A stretch of 64,000 nucleotides of DNA from a virus. Under the pieces are notes generated by a model, which ran no database searches, was not told the origin of the DNA, and worked only from the letters and a program-made list of their open reading frames with translations. Positions 9,640 through 20,271 of this stretch are shown piece by piece; the first letter of the stretch is position 1; the number at the start of each line of letters is the position of its first letter. Location of the stretch: the IMG/VR virus record IMGVR_UViG_3300032579_000011, positions 14,899 through 78,898 of that record. One strand, written 5' to 3'. The position numbers and the translations under genes are program-made.

Positions 9640-10974
9640 ATGACTGATAAAACAAAATCAATTTCTGAAGCTCTTGCTGAAGTACAACGCAAAGTTAATG
9701 AACAGCGTATGAAGAACGCTGAGAGTAATTGGAATGCAGTTAAAAATGAAAGTTTGTGGGACGACGCTAGAAAATGGGTTGGAGATAGAATGGGGTTGAG
9801 AAAACCCGCTGCTAATACAGCAACATCTCAAAATACTACTCCGGCCTCTTCTACTTCTACAACCACGAAGGCTACTTCTAATACACCAAAAATGAGTTAC
9901 TCAGACTATAGTCAAACCGGCGTTGGCACAGTAGAGCCAACAAATAGACCGCCAGAACCGGCTCCTGGATCGAACGGCAAAGTTCCGGATATACTAGCTC
10001 CCACAGTTTCGAAAACTACTGCTGTTACTTCATCCCCCGCTTCTACCATAAAACCAGCACCCGCTGCAGCACCTAAACCAGCCGCTGCAACTCCAACTCC
10101 TTCGCCAAGACCAAATGGCGCTCCTTTACCAACTCCCGCCGCTCCTGCTCCACAAAAAAGCCAAATAGCTCAAAACGCAGACGCGGCTATCAACCGTATA
10201 GGAAACACAAGCGAATTTGAAGACGGCGGTCCATCAAAATCAAAAGGAAAGAAATCAATGAAAGAAGAAATGTCTCCATTAGTAGCAGCATTCCTGAAGC
10301 TACAGGAATCAAAGCCAGCTAATATGTTTGAAGCTGCTAAGAAAATGAAAGCTGTTTGCCCAAATTGTGGCAAATCACCTTGTGTTTGTGAATCAATGGA
10401 AGAAGAAAAAGAACTTTCTCCAAAACAAAAGAAAATTGCTGCTCTTGGTGGAGATAAAAAGAAGCTAGACGCTGCTGATTTCAAGGCTCTTCGTTCTGGT
10501 AAGAAGCCAATGGAAGAAGAAGTCGAAAAATTATTCAGCGAAGAAGAACTAGCACATTTCGCTTCGGTTATTGAAGGAGACGCGCCTTCTGTTGCTCCTG
10601 CTAGAGATGATATTGCAAATCGTTCTGATAAACATGATACAAATTCGGATTACGGTATGGACGAAGAAGCAAAGAAGCGTGGTGTTAAAGCTGGAACAAA
10701 GCGTGGGCCTTACAAGCAAAAAGGTTTATCTTCAGGCGAAAAGGACGAAGCTCAAGCAGAAACAAAGAATGTTCCCGCTCAAGTAAGAACAGCGCGTTCT
10801 CATTTCTCTGGCGGCAAAGAAGTTGTTACACTTAAGCATCCACAGACTGATAAACAATATCACGTTCCGGTCAAGCACGTTAACGATTTCAACAAAGAAT
10901 ACGCAGCTGCTGAAAAACCTCATGAAAAAAGTGCTGTTGAACGTAAGTTTATGCAAACTCATATGAGCAACTAA
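9640..10974 (+). CDS. Hypothetical late protein with P/A/T-rich linker
   Basis: 444 aa; CPNCGKSPCVC and LSPKQKKIA...DAADFKALR modules. Confidence 0.65.
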   Translation: MTDKTKSISEALAEVQRKVNEQRMKNAESNWNAVKNESLWDDARKWVGDRMGLRKPAANTATSQNTTPASSTSTTTKATSNTPKMSYSDYSQTGVGTVEPTNRPPEPAPGSNGKVPDILAPTVSKTTAVTSSPASTIKPAPAAAPKPAAATPTPSPRPNGAPLPTPAAPAPQKSQIAQNADAAINRIGNTSEFEDGGPSKSKGKKSMKEEMSPLVAAFLKLQESKPANMFEAAKKMKAVCPNCGKSPCVCESMEEEKELSPKQKKIAALGGDKKKLDAADFKALRSGKKPMEEEVEKLFSEEELAHFASVIEGDAPSVAPARDDIANRSDKHDTNSDYGMDEEAKKRGVKAGTKRGPYKQKGLSSGEKDEAQAETKNVPAQVRTARSHFSGGKEVVTLKHPQTDKQYHVPVKHVNDFNKEYAAAEKPHEKSAVERKFMQTHMSN

Positions 10975-10983
10975 GGATATAAA

Positions 10984-11250
10984 ATGCCGCTTATAGCGAA
11001 TAACATCATTATTAACGGGCAAGATTTCAGTCTTGCCCCTAACAATCAAAGTGTTGACGCCAATGGAGAAATAGACATCGGCGGCGAAAAATATGATCCT
11101 GTTGTAAATAACAATCCGGCTGTGGTTAGTTCTACTCGAGGAAATCCTTCAATTGAAGATCATCATATTTTAATAGTTGATGGTAAAGAAAAAATGGTCA
11201 GTAGACATTCTTCGTATCTTTTAGATATGTTGACCATAGATAAACAATAA
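10984..11250 (+). CDS. Hypothetical protein
   Basis: ORF with AAGGA RBS. Confidence 0.6.
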   Translation: MPLIANNIIINGQDFSLAPNNQSVDANGEIDIGGEKYDPVVNNNPAVVSSTRGNPSIEDHHILIVDGKEKMVSRHSSYLLDMLTIDKQ

Positions 11251-11291
11251 TTATAAATACAATTAAATAATTCTTTAAAGGAGAAAAAATA

Positions 11292-12281
11292 ATGGCACAA
11301 TGGGGTAGAAACGATCAAGGCGTAACTGCTAACAGCACTACTACAAAAGAAACTTCAAATGGCGCGCCAATCGGAACTTATGCGTTAGTTAGAGGCGGTC
11401 AAACAGGAACTGCTAACGTTTCTTTTGATTCTAATGCACATTTCGGTAATACATCATCGGGTTCAAGAGCATCTGTCGACGCCGCTATGTACGGTAACGT
11501 TACTATAGGAGCTTTTGTTGCAAACAAAGCTGTCGGCGTTTTCGCGGTAAATGCAGCTATGATGTCTACTGTTGGCGGTAACGTTGTATTATCTTACGTA
11601 ACTTCTGGTGGTTCTGGTTATCAAGCTAACACAGCTAATTTTACTCCGGTAGTAACCAACGGTGGTTCCGGAGCTTCAATTAATGCTGTTGCTAACACAA
11701 CAACCAACGCTGGTAAAATTACAAGTCTCAATATCGTAACGGCCGGATCTGGTTATATTACCGCTCCTTCGCTTTCTAATTTACCTGCGCCGGCAGCTAT
11801 TAACATTACAGCGAATACGGTTGGTGTAGTTAATAGTACTTTATTGTTCTCAACAGCAAATTCATACTGGCAAGTTGGCGATAAGTTAACTTACGGAGTT
11901 CCTACAGGTAACACTGCTATTCCTGGTTTAACAGGTAATTCAGTTTATTACGTTGCTTTGGCGAATACAACAGGTGTTCAGTTGGCTGCAACTCCTGGCG
12001 GTAGCGTAATCACTCTTACCCCTGCAACAACAACTCCGGGTCAAGTTCATACTATTCAAGGTACAACAGCAACTGGTTATGTAGACGTTAATACTGATAA
12101 TCCAGCCGTTGCGCACACTGGATGGGTTCTAAGAACAGAAGGTACAGGCGGACGCGCTGGTCGTGTATTCTACGAAACTCTTGTTGCTATGGGTTCTATT
12201 GGAATGAATACTACTTCTTCTACAGGCGTTACGGGTGTAGCAAACACTGTAACTTCTAACACAGTTGATCAATACGTTTAA
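11292..12281 (+). CDS. Probable virion structural protein
   Basis: G/T/N/A-rich; GGSGY and GSGY repeats; HTGWV...GRAGRVFYETLVAM; late promoter at 11252. Confidence 0.65.
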   Translation: MAQWGRNDQGVTANSTTTKETSNGAPIGTYALVRGGQTGTANVSFDSNAHFGNTSSGSRASVDAAMYGNVTIGAFVANKAVGVFAVNAAMMSTVGGNVVLSYVTSGGSGYQANTANFTPVVTNGGSGASINAVANTTTNAGKITSLNIVTAGSGYITAPSLSNLPAPAAINITANTVGVVNSTLLFSTANSYWQVGDKLTYGVPTGNTAIPGLTGNSVYYVALANTTGVQLAATPGGSVITLTPATTTPGQVHTIQGTTATGYVDVNTDNPAVAHTGWVLRTEGTGGRAGRVFYETLVAMGSIGMNTTSSTGVTGVANTVTSNTVDQYV

Positions 12282-12295
12282 TAGGTAAATAAATT

Positions 12296-12589
12296 ATGTC
12301 TAACAATTCAGTAGCAGTATCACAACTTCCAAACGCTTCAAACGTTGTTGCTACTGATAAAATACTTATATTATACAACGCCATTAGCAATTCTTCAGTT
12401 GCTAATGGTTCTCCTTCGGTTAGAACAATTCCTTTAAGTAATTTTTCAAATTGTTTTATTTTATCTAACATTGCACCGGCAAATTCTTCTTCTTATGGAA
12501 TTGCCGGAAGTATTGCTTATGATAATACACATTTTTACGTTTGTATTTCTAGTAACAATTGGGTGAGAACTACATTAAGTTCTTTTTAA
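12296..12589 (+). CDS. Hypothetical protein, possibly fiber-associated
   Basis: GSIAYDNTHFYVCISSNNW-type motif. Confidence 0.55.
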   Translation: MSNNSVAVSQLPNASNVVATDKILILYNAISNSSVANGSPSVRTIPLSNFSNCFILSNIAPANSSSYGIAGSIAYDNTHFYVCISSNNWVRTTLSSF

Positions 12590-12590
12590 A

Positions 12591-12981
12591 AATGAATGAT
12601 AAATTGACTGAAGAAAATTTTTTATTATATTGTGCTCAACATTATGATAACGCAAAATACACGTCCACCGAAGACTTTATGGAAGATCTTAACAGAATTA
12701 AATATATTAAAAAACTGATAACTCGTTATATAGAAAATGATGACCTCAAAGAAAGATTGATACTTAATCATATTATTATTTTGAATAATTGTTTTGGACC
12801 AGAGGCTTTATGTAAAATTTTATATCTGAAACTTAAACCTCAGATTAAATACATAAAGCCTTTTTTAATTCTTATTAATGTTTTACCTGATAAAATATAT
12901 AACGTTGGCGAAGAATCTATAATTGATACTGATACTATACCAATGGATAATAAAATAATTGATAAGTTAAGGAAAGTTTAA
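12591..12981 (+). CDS. Conserved T4-like hypothetical protein
   Basis: EDLNRIKYIKKL...LKERLILNHII...FG; start near MNDKLTEENF is approximate. Confidence 0.7.
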
Positions 12982-13520
12982 TGAATACCTCAGTAAAAGA
13001 CGTTAAAAATTTTATTTCCTTTGCAGCCAAACATTTGGGTCTATCTTCGTTGCCTAGAATAAGCCTAGTTGGTAAAGAAGAAAATACAAAAAACGCTTTC
13101 GGCCATTTTCTCGGCGATAGAAAAGGCACATCAATAACAGTAAGAATTACAGGACGTCATCCAATAGACGTAATGAGAACTATTGCTCATGAATTAATTC
13201 ATTATAAGCAGAGAATCAACGGAAATAGAGCTTCAGAACAAATGAAAGAAGATGAAGCCAATGCGCTAGCCGGAAGAATAATGAGAGATTACGACACTAC
13301 TTATCCAAAAGCATTTAGAGATAACCCCATCAACGAAGATGGTATGGCAGCAGCCAACGCAATTGGAGCTTCTGCAGCGGATCCTAACGCCGGAAACATT
13401 CAAGGCTTTAGCCCTATGCTTTTAAAAAATAGAAAACATTCAATTCTGCCTAGACAAAAAACTCTCCGTGACATTTTAGGTAAAGATTCAAAAAACGAAA
13501 CATCACAGGATAGAAAATAA
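12981..13520 (+). CDS. HEXXH zincin-like protein
   Basis: RTIAHELIHYKQ...EDEANALAG. Confidence 0.65.
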   Translation: MNTSVKDVKNFISFAAKHLGLSSLPRISLVGKEENTKNAFGHFLGDRKGTSITVRITGRHPIDVMRTIAHELIHYKQRINGNRASEQMKEDEANALAGRIMRDYDTTYPKAFRDNPINEDGMAAANAIGASAADPNAGNIQGFSPMLLKNRKHSILPRQKTLRDILGKDSKNETSQDRK

Positions 13521-13909
13521 TGGTTGAAAGATCCGCTGCAGAAAGAATAGAAGACGCTATCGAAAAATTAACTGAAATTTCAATAGACCTTAGTAAAATG
13601 TTAGCTGTTCACGAACAACGTTTAAATCAACAAGAAAAACAAATTGATAATTTAGGTGGCGCTCTACAAGATTTTAGAGGAACGTCCGAATTAAAATTAA
13701 AAGATGTTTATGACACTATTCGTTCAGAAGATAAAAATATTTTAGAAGAAATTACTAAAATAAGAGTCGAAGCGAACGAACAACATGAAAAGATGACAGA
13801 TAGAATTAGTGAAATGGAAAAAACTATTTGGGTGTATATGGGCGGTTTCACTGCAATTTTCTTTCTACTTTCTTATGGTCAAAATATTCTAAAACTAATC
13901 ATTAAATAA
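13520..13909 (+). CDS. Coiled-coil protein with C-terminal TM helix
   Basis: LAVHEQRL coiled coil, hydrophobic C-terminus. Confidence 0.6.
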   Translation: MVERSAAERIEDAIEKLTEISIDLSKMLAVHEQRLNQQEKQIDNLGGALQDFRGTSELKLKDVYDTIRSEDKNILEEITKIRVEANEQHEKMTDRISEMEKTIWVYMGGFTAIFFLLSYGQNILKLIIK

Positions 13910-13913
13910 TCCT

Positions 13914-13941
13914 TTGACTTTTATCAAAAACGCGGTATAAT
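13914..13941 (+). promoter_or_regulatory. sigma70-like promoter for primase block
   Basis: TTGACT-N16-TATAAT. Confidence 0.7.
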
Positions 13942-13976
13942 CACTTTGTGGTTGATGATAATGATAGGATTATATT

Positions 13977-14999
13977 ATGGATTGGTTACAACAAAAATAT
14001 ATCGGAATCATTTCAACCAGACTGGACAAGTTTAAACGGAAAAGCGCAAGCCTTTATAATTTCCGTTGTCCAGTTTGTGGTGACTCCGATTCAAATAAGA
14101 ATAAAGCTAGAGGATACATTTACGAAAAGAGCGGTAAAATGCTATTTCATTGTCATAACTGTGGTGCTACCGCTTCTGTTCCTAATTTCATTAAAATGAT
14201 TGATCAAGCGGTTTATAATGAATATTTGCTTGAAAGAATTCAAGACAATAAATCGCCAGAACAAAAAGATCTAGAAGCTTTCGTTGAAAAAATGAAGCCT
14301 CCTCTTTTTATGAAGAGCGGACCATTAAAGGGACTGAAGAAAGTTAGTCAGTTATCCCCAGAACATAAAGTGAAGAAATTTGTAGATGCCAGACGTATCC
14401 CAACACCTTATCACGCAACTTTATTTTCCTGCCCTAACTTTAAGCATTATACTAATAACCTTGTACCTAATAAGTTTGATGTTGATTCTCTTGAACGCGA
14501 TGAAACTCGCCTTCTTATACCCTTTATTGACTCTCGTAAAATTATGCACGCCTATCAAGGTAGAGCGTTGGTTAATTCGTCAGTCAAATATATTACAATC
14601 GTTCTTAATGATTCAATTCCTAAAGTTTATGGACTTGATAGAGTTGATTTTGGTAGGACTGTTTATGTGTTTGAAGGCCCAATTGATAGTATGTTTGTTC
14701 CTAACAGTATCGCTACTGCAGGCGGCGATTTGGTGTCTGCGATCAACACCTTTACGAAAGATCGTCTTGTCGTTGTTTACGACAACGAGCCAAGAAATAA
14801 AGAAACCGTAAAGAAAATTGACAAGGCTATCATGCAAGGATATAAAGTTTGTATATGGCCCGAAAACTTCGAACATAAAGATATCAACGACGCGATTTTA
14901 GCGGGCTTGACTTCTGAGTTCATTTCATATATAATTAATCAAAACACTTACCGTGATCTTTCGGCCAAACTGGCTCTTACAAAATGGAGAAAATCTTGA
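13977..14999 (+). CDS. gp61: DNA primase (T4 gp61-like)
   Basis: NFRCPVCGDS...HCHNC zinc finger; EGPIDS, YDNE, KDIND Toprim motifs. Confidence 0.95.
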   Translation: MDWLQQKYIGIISTRLDKFKRKSASLYNFRCPVCGDSDSNKNKARGYIYEKSGKMLFHCHNCGATASVPNFIKMIDQAVYNEYLLERIQDNKSPEQKDLEAFVEKMKPPLFMKSGPLKGLKKVSQLSPEHKVKKFVDARRIPTPYHATLFSCPNFKHYTNNLVPNKFDVDSLERDETRLLIPFIDSRKIMHAYQGRALVNSSVKYITIVLNDSIPKVYGLDRVDFGRTVYVFEGPIDSMFVPNSIATAGGDLVSAINTFTKDRLVVVYDNEPRNKETVKKIDKAIMQGYKVCIWPENFEHKDINDAILAGLTSEFISYIINQNTYRDLSAKLALTKWRKS

Positions 15000-16096
15000 T
15001 TAAGTATGACACACTCTACCACATCGACGAGAACGGTAATACTCGTACTTGGATGATGGAGCGCTTGGGAAACAAGTATCGTACTGTCTCTGGTATTGAA
15101 GGTGGTAAGCTTGTAATTTCAGAATGGAAAGAAGTTTACGGTAAGAATGCCGGCAAAGCCAACGCGACTACCGATGATCAACAGGCCGATCTAGAAGTTA
15201 AGGCTCTTTACAAAAAGAAACTCGATCGTAAATATCATACTTCGAAAGAAACGATCGAAGAAGGTTCTAAGATTATTGAACCTATGCTTGCTGATAAGTA
15301 TAAAGGTTGGGATTCAAAGTGGAAGCACGTATTCACTCAGCCGAAGCTTGATGGAATGCGTTGTATAGCGACCAAGAACGGATTGTTTTCAAGACAGGGT
15401 AAGCCCATAGTTTCGGCCCCTCACATCATTCAAGAGTTAGCTCCTTTATTCGAGCTTAGTCCAAACTTGATCCTTGATGGTGAACTATATAATCATGAGC
15501 TACGAGACAATTTTAATGAGTTGATTTCTATCGCCCGTCAAACCAAACCAACTCAAGACGACTTGAACAAATCTGCTTCAATGATTCAATATCATGTTTA
15601 TGATATGGTTTGGAAAGAACATTTTTATAATCGTCTGACTTATCTAGAAAGTATTATTGGTTCACTTAAGAGTAATGTGATCAAGCTGGTAGACACTTTC
15701 AGCGCTGAAAATTCAGAAAAACTTGATCAGCAATATGCTAACTTTCTTGAGAACGGCTATGAAGGTCAAATGATTCGTATTGATGCTCCTTACGAAAATA
15801 AACGTTCAAAGAGTTTGTTGAAGCGTAAGGAATTTATTGACGAAGAATTTGAAGTCATTGAAATACTTGAAGGTCAGGGTAATTGGTCTGGATACGCCAA
15901 AAGCGTTCAGTGCAAGACCAAAGAAGGAGTTGTATTCAATGCTGGTATTAAGGGAACACAGGAGTTCACCAAGGAGTTGTTGAATCGTAAACCAATTCCT
16001 AAGACGGCAACGGTTCGTTACCAGAATATTACGCCAGACGGTAGCTTGCGTTTTCCAATCGCGGTTGCTTTTTATGAAAATGAAAGAGATATTTAA
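14984..16096 (+). CDS. ATP-dependent DNA ligase
   Basis: PMLA, QPKLDGMRC, LDGELY, EGQMIR, LLKRK, LRFP. Confidence 0.93.
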   Translation: MEKILIKYDTLYHIDENGNTRTWMMERLGNKYRTVSGIEGGKLVISEWKEVYGKNAGKANATTDDQQADLEVKALYKKKLDRKYHTSKETIEEGSKIIEPMLADKYKGWDSKWKHVFTQPKLDGMRCIATKNGLFSRQGKPIVSAPHIIQELAPLFELSPNLILDGELYNHELRDNFNELISIARQTKPTQDDLNKSASMIQYHVYDMVWKEHFYNRLTYLESIIGSLKSNVIKLVDTFSAENSEKLDQQYANFLENGYEGQMIRIDAPYENKRSKSLLKRKEFIDEEFEVIEILEGQGNWSGYAKSVQCKTKEGVVFNAGIKGTQEFTKELLNRKPIPKTATVRYQNITPDGSLRFPIAVAFYENERDI

Positions 16097-16097
16097 A

Positions 16098-16775
16098 ATG
16101 AATAACGCAAAAATTATAGCGGTAACACAACCAATAATTGATAATGAAAAAGGTGTTAAAATGACACCAGATGAGTTTATTGCATATTGTGCAAGGGTTT
16201 CGAACCCATCTAATCAAATGAATAGTTTAACTGCTCCTAAATTACTCAGATACTGCATAAAACATAAGCACTGGAGCGTTTTTGAAACAGTTAGTATTAC
16301 TATGTCTATAGAAACTACTAGAGATATCGCCCGACAAATTCTCAGACATAGATCATTTTCGTTTCAGGAATTTTCTCAGCGTTATGCTGATCCAACACAA
16401 GATTTAGGTTTCGTTACTCGTGAAGCTCGTCTTCAAGATCAGAAAAATCGTCAGAACAGTATTGAGATTGATGATGAATCTCTCCAAGGTACTTGGGAAC
16501 AACTTCAAAATAACTTGACTACTTCTGTGCAAAAAACATACAAATGGGCTATTAAAAACGGTATCGCGAAGGAACAAGCACGTGCTGTTCTTCCGGAAGG
16601 GTTAACAGTTTCTCGCCTATATATGAATGGAACGTTGAGAAGTTATATTCATTGGTGTCAACTTCGTATGGGACCAGAAACCCAGAAGGAACATAGAGAA
16701 ATCGCAACTGACGCTTGGTACGAGATTACCAACGTATTTCCTTCGTTAAAAGATAGTTTGGATATAGAAAATTAA
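16098..16775 (+). CDS. thyX: Flavin-dependent thymidylate synthase
   Basis: HWSVFE, QILRHRSFSFQEFSQRY, EQARAVLP, QKEHRE. Confidence 0.95.
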   Translation: MNNAKIIAVTQPIIDNEKGVKMTPDEFIAYCARVSNPSNQMNSLTAPKLLRYCIKHKHWSVFETVSITMSIETTRDIARQILRHRSFSFQEFSQRYADPTQDLGFVTREARLQDQKNRQNSIEIDDESLQGTWEQLQNNLTTSVQKTYKWAIKNGIAKEQARAVLPEGLTVSRLYMNGTLRSYIHWCQLRMGPETQKEHREIATDAWYEITNVFPSLKDSLDIEN

Positions 16776-16787
16776 TAAGGGGTATAG

Positions 16788-18407
16788 ATGATTGATAATT
16801 CAATTCTAGTAACAAAAAGAGACGGATCGACTCAGCCGTTAGATCTAAATCGTTTTCATAAAGTGGTTAGTTGGGCTTGTGAAGGAATCAACAACGTTTC
16901 CGAATCAGAGATAGAACTTAAGTCTCATATTCAATTTTATAATAAGATTAAGTCATCAGATATTCAAGAAACTTTGATCAAGGCTGCCGCCGATCTTATT
17001 TCAGAAGAAAATCCCGGTTATCAGTACGTTGCTGGTCGTCTGATCAACTATCATCTAAGAAAACAAGTATACGAAAGTCACCTACCATGGAAATTGAAAG
17101 ATCATGTTAAACACGTTATTTCTCTTGGTTACTACGATCCTGAAATTTCTTCTTTTTATGATGATTTTGAACTGGATGTTTTGGATACTTATATTAATCA
17201 CGATAGGGATTATTCTATCTCTTATGTGGGCATGGAACAATTAAGAGGAAAATACTTAATCAGAAACAGAGTTACTGGACAGATTTATGAAACTCCTCAA
17301 ATGGCTTATATGTTGATTGCCATGATACTGTTTCGTAACTATCCTAAAGAAACCAGACTTAAATGGGTAAAGGATTTATACGATGCGACAAGCACTTTTG
17401 AAATATCGCTGCCGACTCCTATTATGGCAGGTCTCCGTTCGCCTCAAAAGCAATTCTCTTCGTGCGTTCTTATCGAGACAGATGACAGTCTTGATTCAAT
17501 CAATGCTTCAGCTTCCGCAATTGTTAAATATGTGTCTCAAAAAGCTGGCATTGGTATTAATGCTGGTCGTATTCGTGCTCTCGGCTCTCCCATTCGCGCT
17601 GGTGATACTACTCACACTGGTGTTATCCCATTTTACAAGCACTTCCAATCAGCAGTTAAGAGCTGCAGCCAAGGCGGTGTTCGAGGCGGCGCAGCGACTC
17701 TTTACTACCCTATCTGGCATTTGGAAGTTGAGGACCTACTAGTTCTCAAGAATAATAAAGGCACAGAAGATAATCGTATTCGTGGTTTGGACTATGGTGT
17801 CCAGTTTAATAAGGTGATGTATGAACGACTTCTTGTTGGTGGGAATATTACTCTATTCAGCCCTAGCGACGTCCCTGGTCTTTATGATAGCTTTTTTATT
17901 GATCTTGATAAATTCAGATCGCTATATCAAAAATACGAGGCGGATCCGGCGATCAGAAAGAAATCAATACCTGCTGTGGACCTATTCTCATCGTTCATGG
18001 AAGAGCGCAAGAACACTGGTCGTATCTATTTGCAGAACGTCGACCATGCGAATGATCATGGTTCGTTCATTAAAGAACTTGCACCAATTCGCCAGTCAAA
18101 TCTCTGCTGTGTGACTGGAGAAACTTATGTAACTGTTGAAATGATTGACGGTTCAATTCAAGATATAATGATCAAGGATGTTACAATTCAAATGAAAGTT
18201 CTTAGTAGAAACAATAATACTGGTAAAGATGAATTTAGACAAATTAAAGCTGCTGCTATGACTAGAAAGAATGCATCATTGATGAAAATAACTGATGAAA
18301 ATGGCAACTCTATTGTTTGCACACCAGATCATCGCATCTATACAAAAAACAGAGGATATGTAGAGGCGCAAAATATTTTAGAAAATGATGAGTTGTTGGT
18401 AATATAA
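16788..18407 (+). CDS. nrdA: Class Ia RNR large subunit, N-terminal part fused to split intein N-half
   Basis: ATP cone (VTKRDG), PTPIMAG, QFSSC, QGGVRGG; RQSNLC then intein CVTGET...CTPDHRIYT. Confidence 0.95.
   Translation: MIDNSILVTKRDGSTQPLDLNRFHKVVSWACEGINNVSESEIELKSHIQFYNKIKSSDIQETLIKAAADLISEENPGYQYVAGRLINYHLRKQVYESHLPWKLKDHVKHVISLGYYDPEISSFYDDFELDVLDTYINHDRDYSISYVGMEQLRGKYLIRNRVTGQIYETPQMAYMLIAMILFRNYPKETRLKWVKDLYDATSTFEISLPTPIMAGLRSPQKQFSSCVLIETDDSLDSINASASAIVKYVSQKAGIGINAGRIRALGSPIRAGDTTHTGVIPFYKHFQSAVKSCSQGGVRGGAATLYYPIWHLEVEDLLVLKNNKGTEDNRIRGLDYGVQFNKVMYERLLVGGNITLFSPSDVPGLYDSFFIDLDKFRSLYQKYEADPAIRKKSIPAVDLFSSFMEERKNTGRIYLQNVDHANDHGSFIKELAPIRQSNLCCVTGETYVTVEMIDGSIQDIMIKDVTIQMKVLSRNNNTGKDEFRQIKAAAMTRKNASLMKITDENGNSIVCTPDHRIYTKNRGYVEAQNILENDELLVI
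18108..18407 (+). other. Split intein N-fragment (99 aa)
   Basis: Begins CVTGET (block A), TPDH (block B), ends at a stop codon. Confidence 0.9.
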
Positions 18408-18463
18408 TTTATAAATTATTATAAATAGTTCTGAGATAACACTTCTATCAAGGAATCATTTAT

Positions 18464-19168
18464 ATGGCTATAGTTTACAAAATAACGAACAGAGTGAACG
18501 GTAAAAGTTATATTGGTCACTCTGTTCGAACATTAGAACAAAGATGGAAATCTCATCTATCATCTGTTAGGCAGGGAAGTAAATTTAGATTTCATTCTGC
18601 TATTCGAAAATATGGTGTAGATCAATGGGATCATGAAATTATTTTTGAACATAATAATGTTGATATTTGTAAGAAAAAAGAAGAAGAGATGATTGTTGGA
18701 TTTGATCTCATGAATAATAAAAAAGGATATAATGCTAAACCAGGAGGATGCGGTGGTTGGATTGTTCCTGATAAAAAATATGAATTATGGGTAAAAAAAC
18801 AATCTGAAAATAATATAGGATTAAAAAATAATAATAGTACGGGATACACAAACGAAGAATTGATTGAAATTGGTAAAAAGGTGTGTTATGATCTTGGAAG
18901 AATTGTAGGTCAAAAGACAATGGTCAAAGAATGTAAAAAGATAGGGATAAGATTTCCTAAATCATTCAGACCAATGAGATTTGATGGAAGTTATAAAAAA
19001 TATGCTGCTATTCTTGAAAAAGAGTTAGATATGAAATTCAATCCATATTTTCGTTCTGAAGAACAGAGACAAATATACAGAGAAAAATATACTGGCACTG
19101 TTGGACCCAACGTTGGAACTAAAGTTATCATAGATTCAGAAGGAAAAAGAAAACATGTTAAAAATTGA
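18464..19168 (+). CDS. Free-standing GIY-YIG homing endonuclease between nrdA halves
   Basis: IVYKITNRVNGKSYIG, RW..H, GYN; own late promoter at 18420. Confidence 0.9.
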   Translation: MAIVYKITNRVNGKSYIGHSVRTLEQRWKSHLSSVRQGSKFRFHSAIRKYGVDQWDHEIIFEHNNVDICKKKEEEMIVGFDLMNNKKGYNAKPGGCGGWIVPDKKYELWVKKQSENNIGLKNNNSTGYTNEELIEIGKKVCYDLGRIVGQKTMVKECKKIGIRFPKSFRPMRFDGSYKKYAAILEKELDMKFNPYFRSEEQRQIYREKYTGTVGPNVGTKVIIDSEGKRKHVKN

Positions 19169-20228
19169 ACATTTAAATTATACAGAAGATGTCTATGATA
19201 TTACTGTAGATAAAAATGAAAACTTTTATGCTAATGGTATTTTAGTTCATAACTGCGAAATTGACTTGCCTACAAAGCCATTGAAAGATATTAACGATGA
19301 AAATGGAGAGATTAGTCTGTGTACTTTGAGTGCGATAAACTGGGGCAAAATTCGTGATCCTGCAGATTTCGAACGTCCTTGTACTCTCGCTGTTCGTGCT
19401 TTGGACGAGTTACTTGACTATCAAGATTATCCAGTTCTTGCTGCCAAAAACTCCACTATGGCCAGACGACCTCTTGGTGTCGGTATTATTAACCTCGCTT
19501 ATTGGTTGGCTCGTAATGATCTTAGCTATCAGTCAATTGATCATGATGGATTGAGTAAGCTTCATTCATTCGCAGAAGCTTGGTCATATTATTTAATTAA
19601 AGCGTCCATTGATCTAGCGGAGGAAAAAGGTGCGTGTCCAAAAAGTAATGAAACAAAGTACAGCCAAGGTGTGTTCCCCATAAACACCTATAAAAGAGAA
19701 TTGGACGAAATCGTATCGCCTGCGTATAGGATGGATTGGGTTTCGTTGGGCGCTAAAGCATTACGAGTTGGCATCAGAAACTCAACGCTTATGGCTCTCA
19801 TGCCATCAGAGACATCAGCACAGATTAGCAACGCAACGAATGGTATTGAGCCGCCAAGATCGCTTGTCTCTGTTAAACAGTCTAAAGATGGCGTCCTTAA
19901 ACAAGTTGTACCAGAAGTTCGTAAACTTAAGAAGAAATACGACCTACTTTGGGACCAACAGTCACCCGAAGGATATCTTAAGATTTGCGGGGTATTGCAA
20001 AAGTTCATTGATCAAGGAATATCCGTTAATACCTCGTACAACCCAAAGTTCTATGAAGAAGAACAAATCCCTATGTCGGAAATGTTAAAGCACTTGCTGA
20101 TGTTTTATAAGTATGGTGGCAAACAATTATACTATCTGAACACTGCAGATGGCGCTGGTGAATACGAAGAAGCACCTTTGGCTGCTGGTGTTGTTGAAGA
20201 TGAATCCTGCGAGTCTTGTAAAATATAG
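19155..20228 (+). CDS. nrdA: Split intein C-half (33 aa) fused to NrdA C-terminal part
   Basis: VYDITV...NFYANGILVHN|CEIDLP; LCTLSAIN, NGIEP, DQGIS, LYY, CESCKI. Confidence 0.95.
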   Translation: MLKIEHLNYTEDVYDITVDKNENFYANGILVHNCEIDLPTKPLKDINDENGEISLCTLSAINWGKIRDPADFERPCTLAVRALDELLDYQDYPVLAAKNSTMARRPLGVGIINLAYWLARNDLSYQSIDHDGLSKLHSFAEAWSYYLIKASIDLAEEKGACPKSNETKYSQGVFPINTYKRELDEIVSPAYRMDWVSLGAKALRVGIRNSTLMALMPSETSAQISNATNGIEPPRSLVSVKQSKDGVLKQVVPEVRKLKKKYDLLWDQQSPEGYLKICGVLQKFIDQGISVNTSYNPKFYEEEQIPMSEMLKHLLMFYKYGGKQLYYLNTADGAGEYEEAPLAAGVVEDESCESCKI

Positions 20229-20271
20229 TAAAGACTTGTAAAATATAAATAGTCCATAGGAGGAAACAATT

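Noticed and set aside
18408-19154. Group I intron in nrdA
   Set aside because: No room for a ribozyme core around the endonuclease ORF; intein blocks on both sides explain the split
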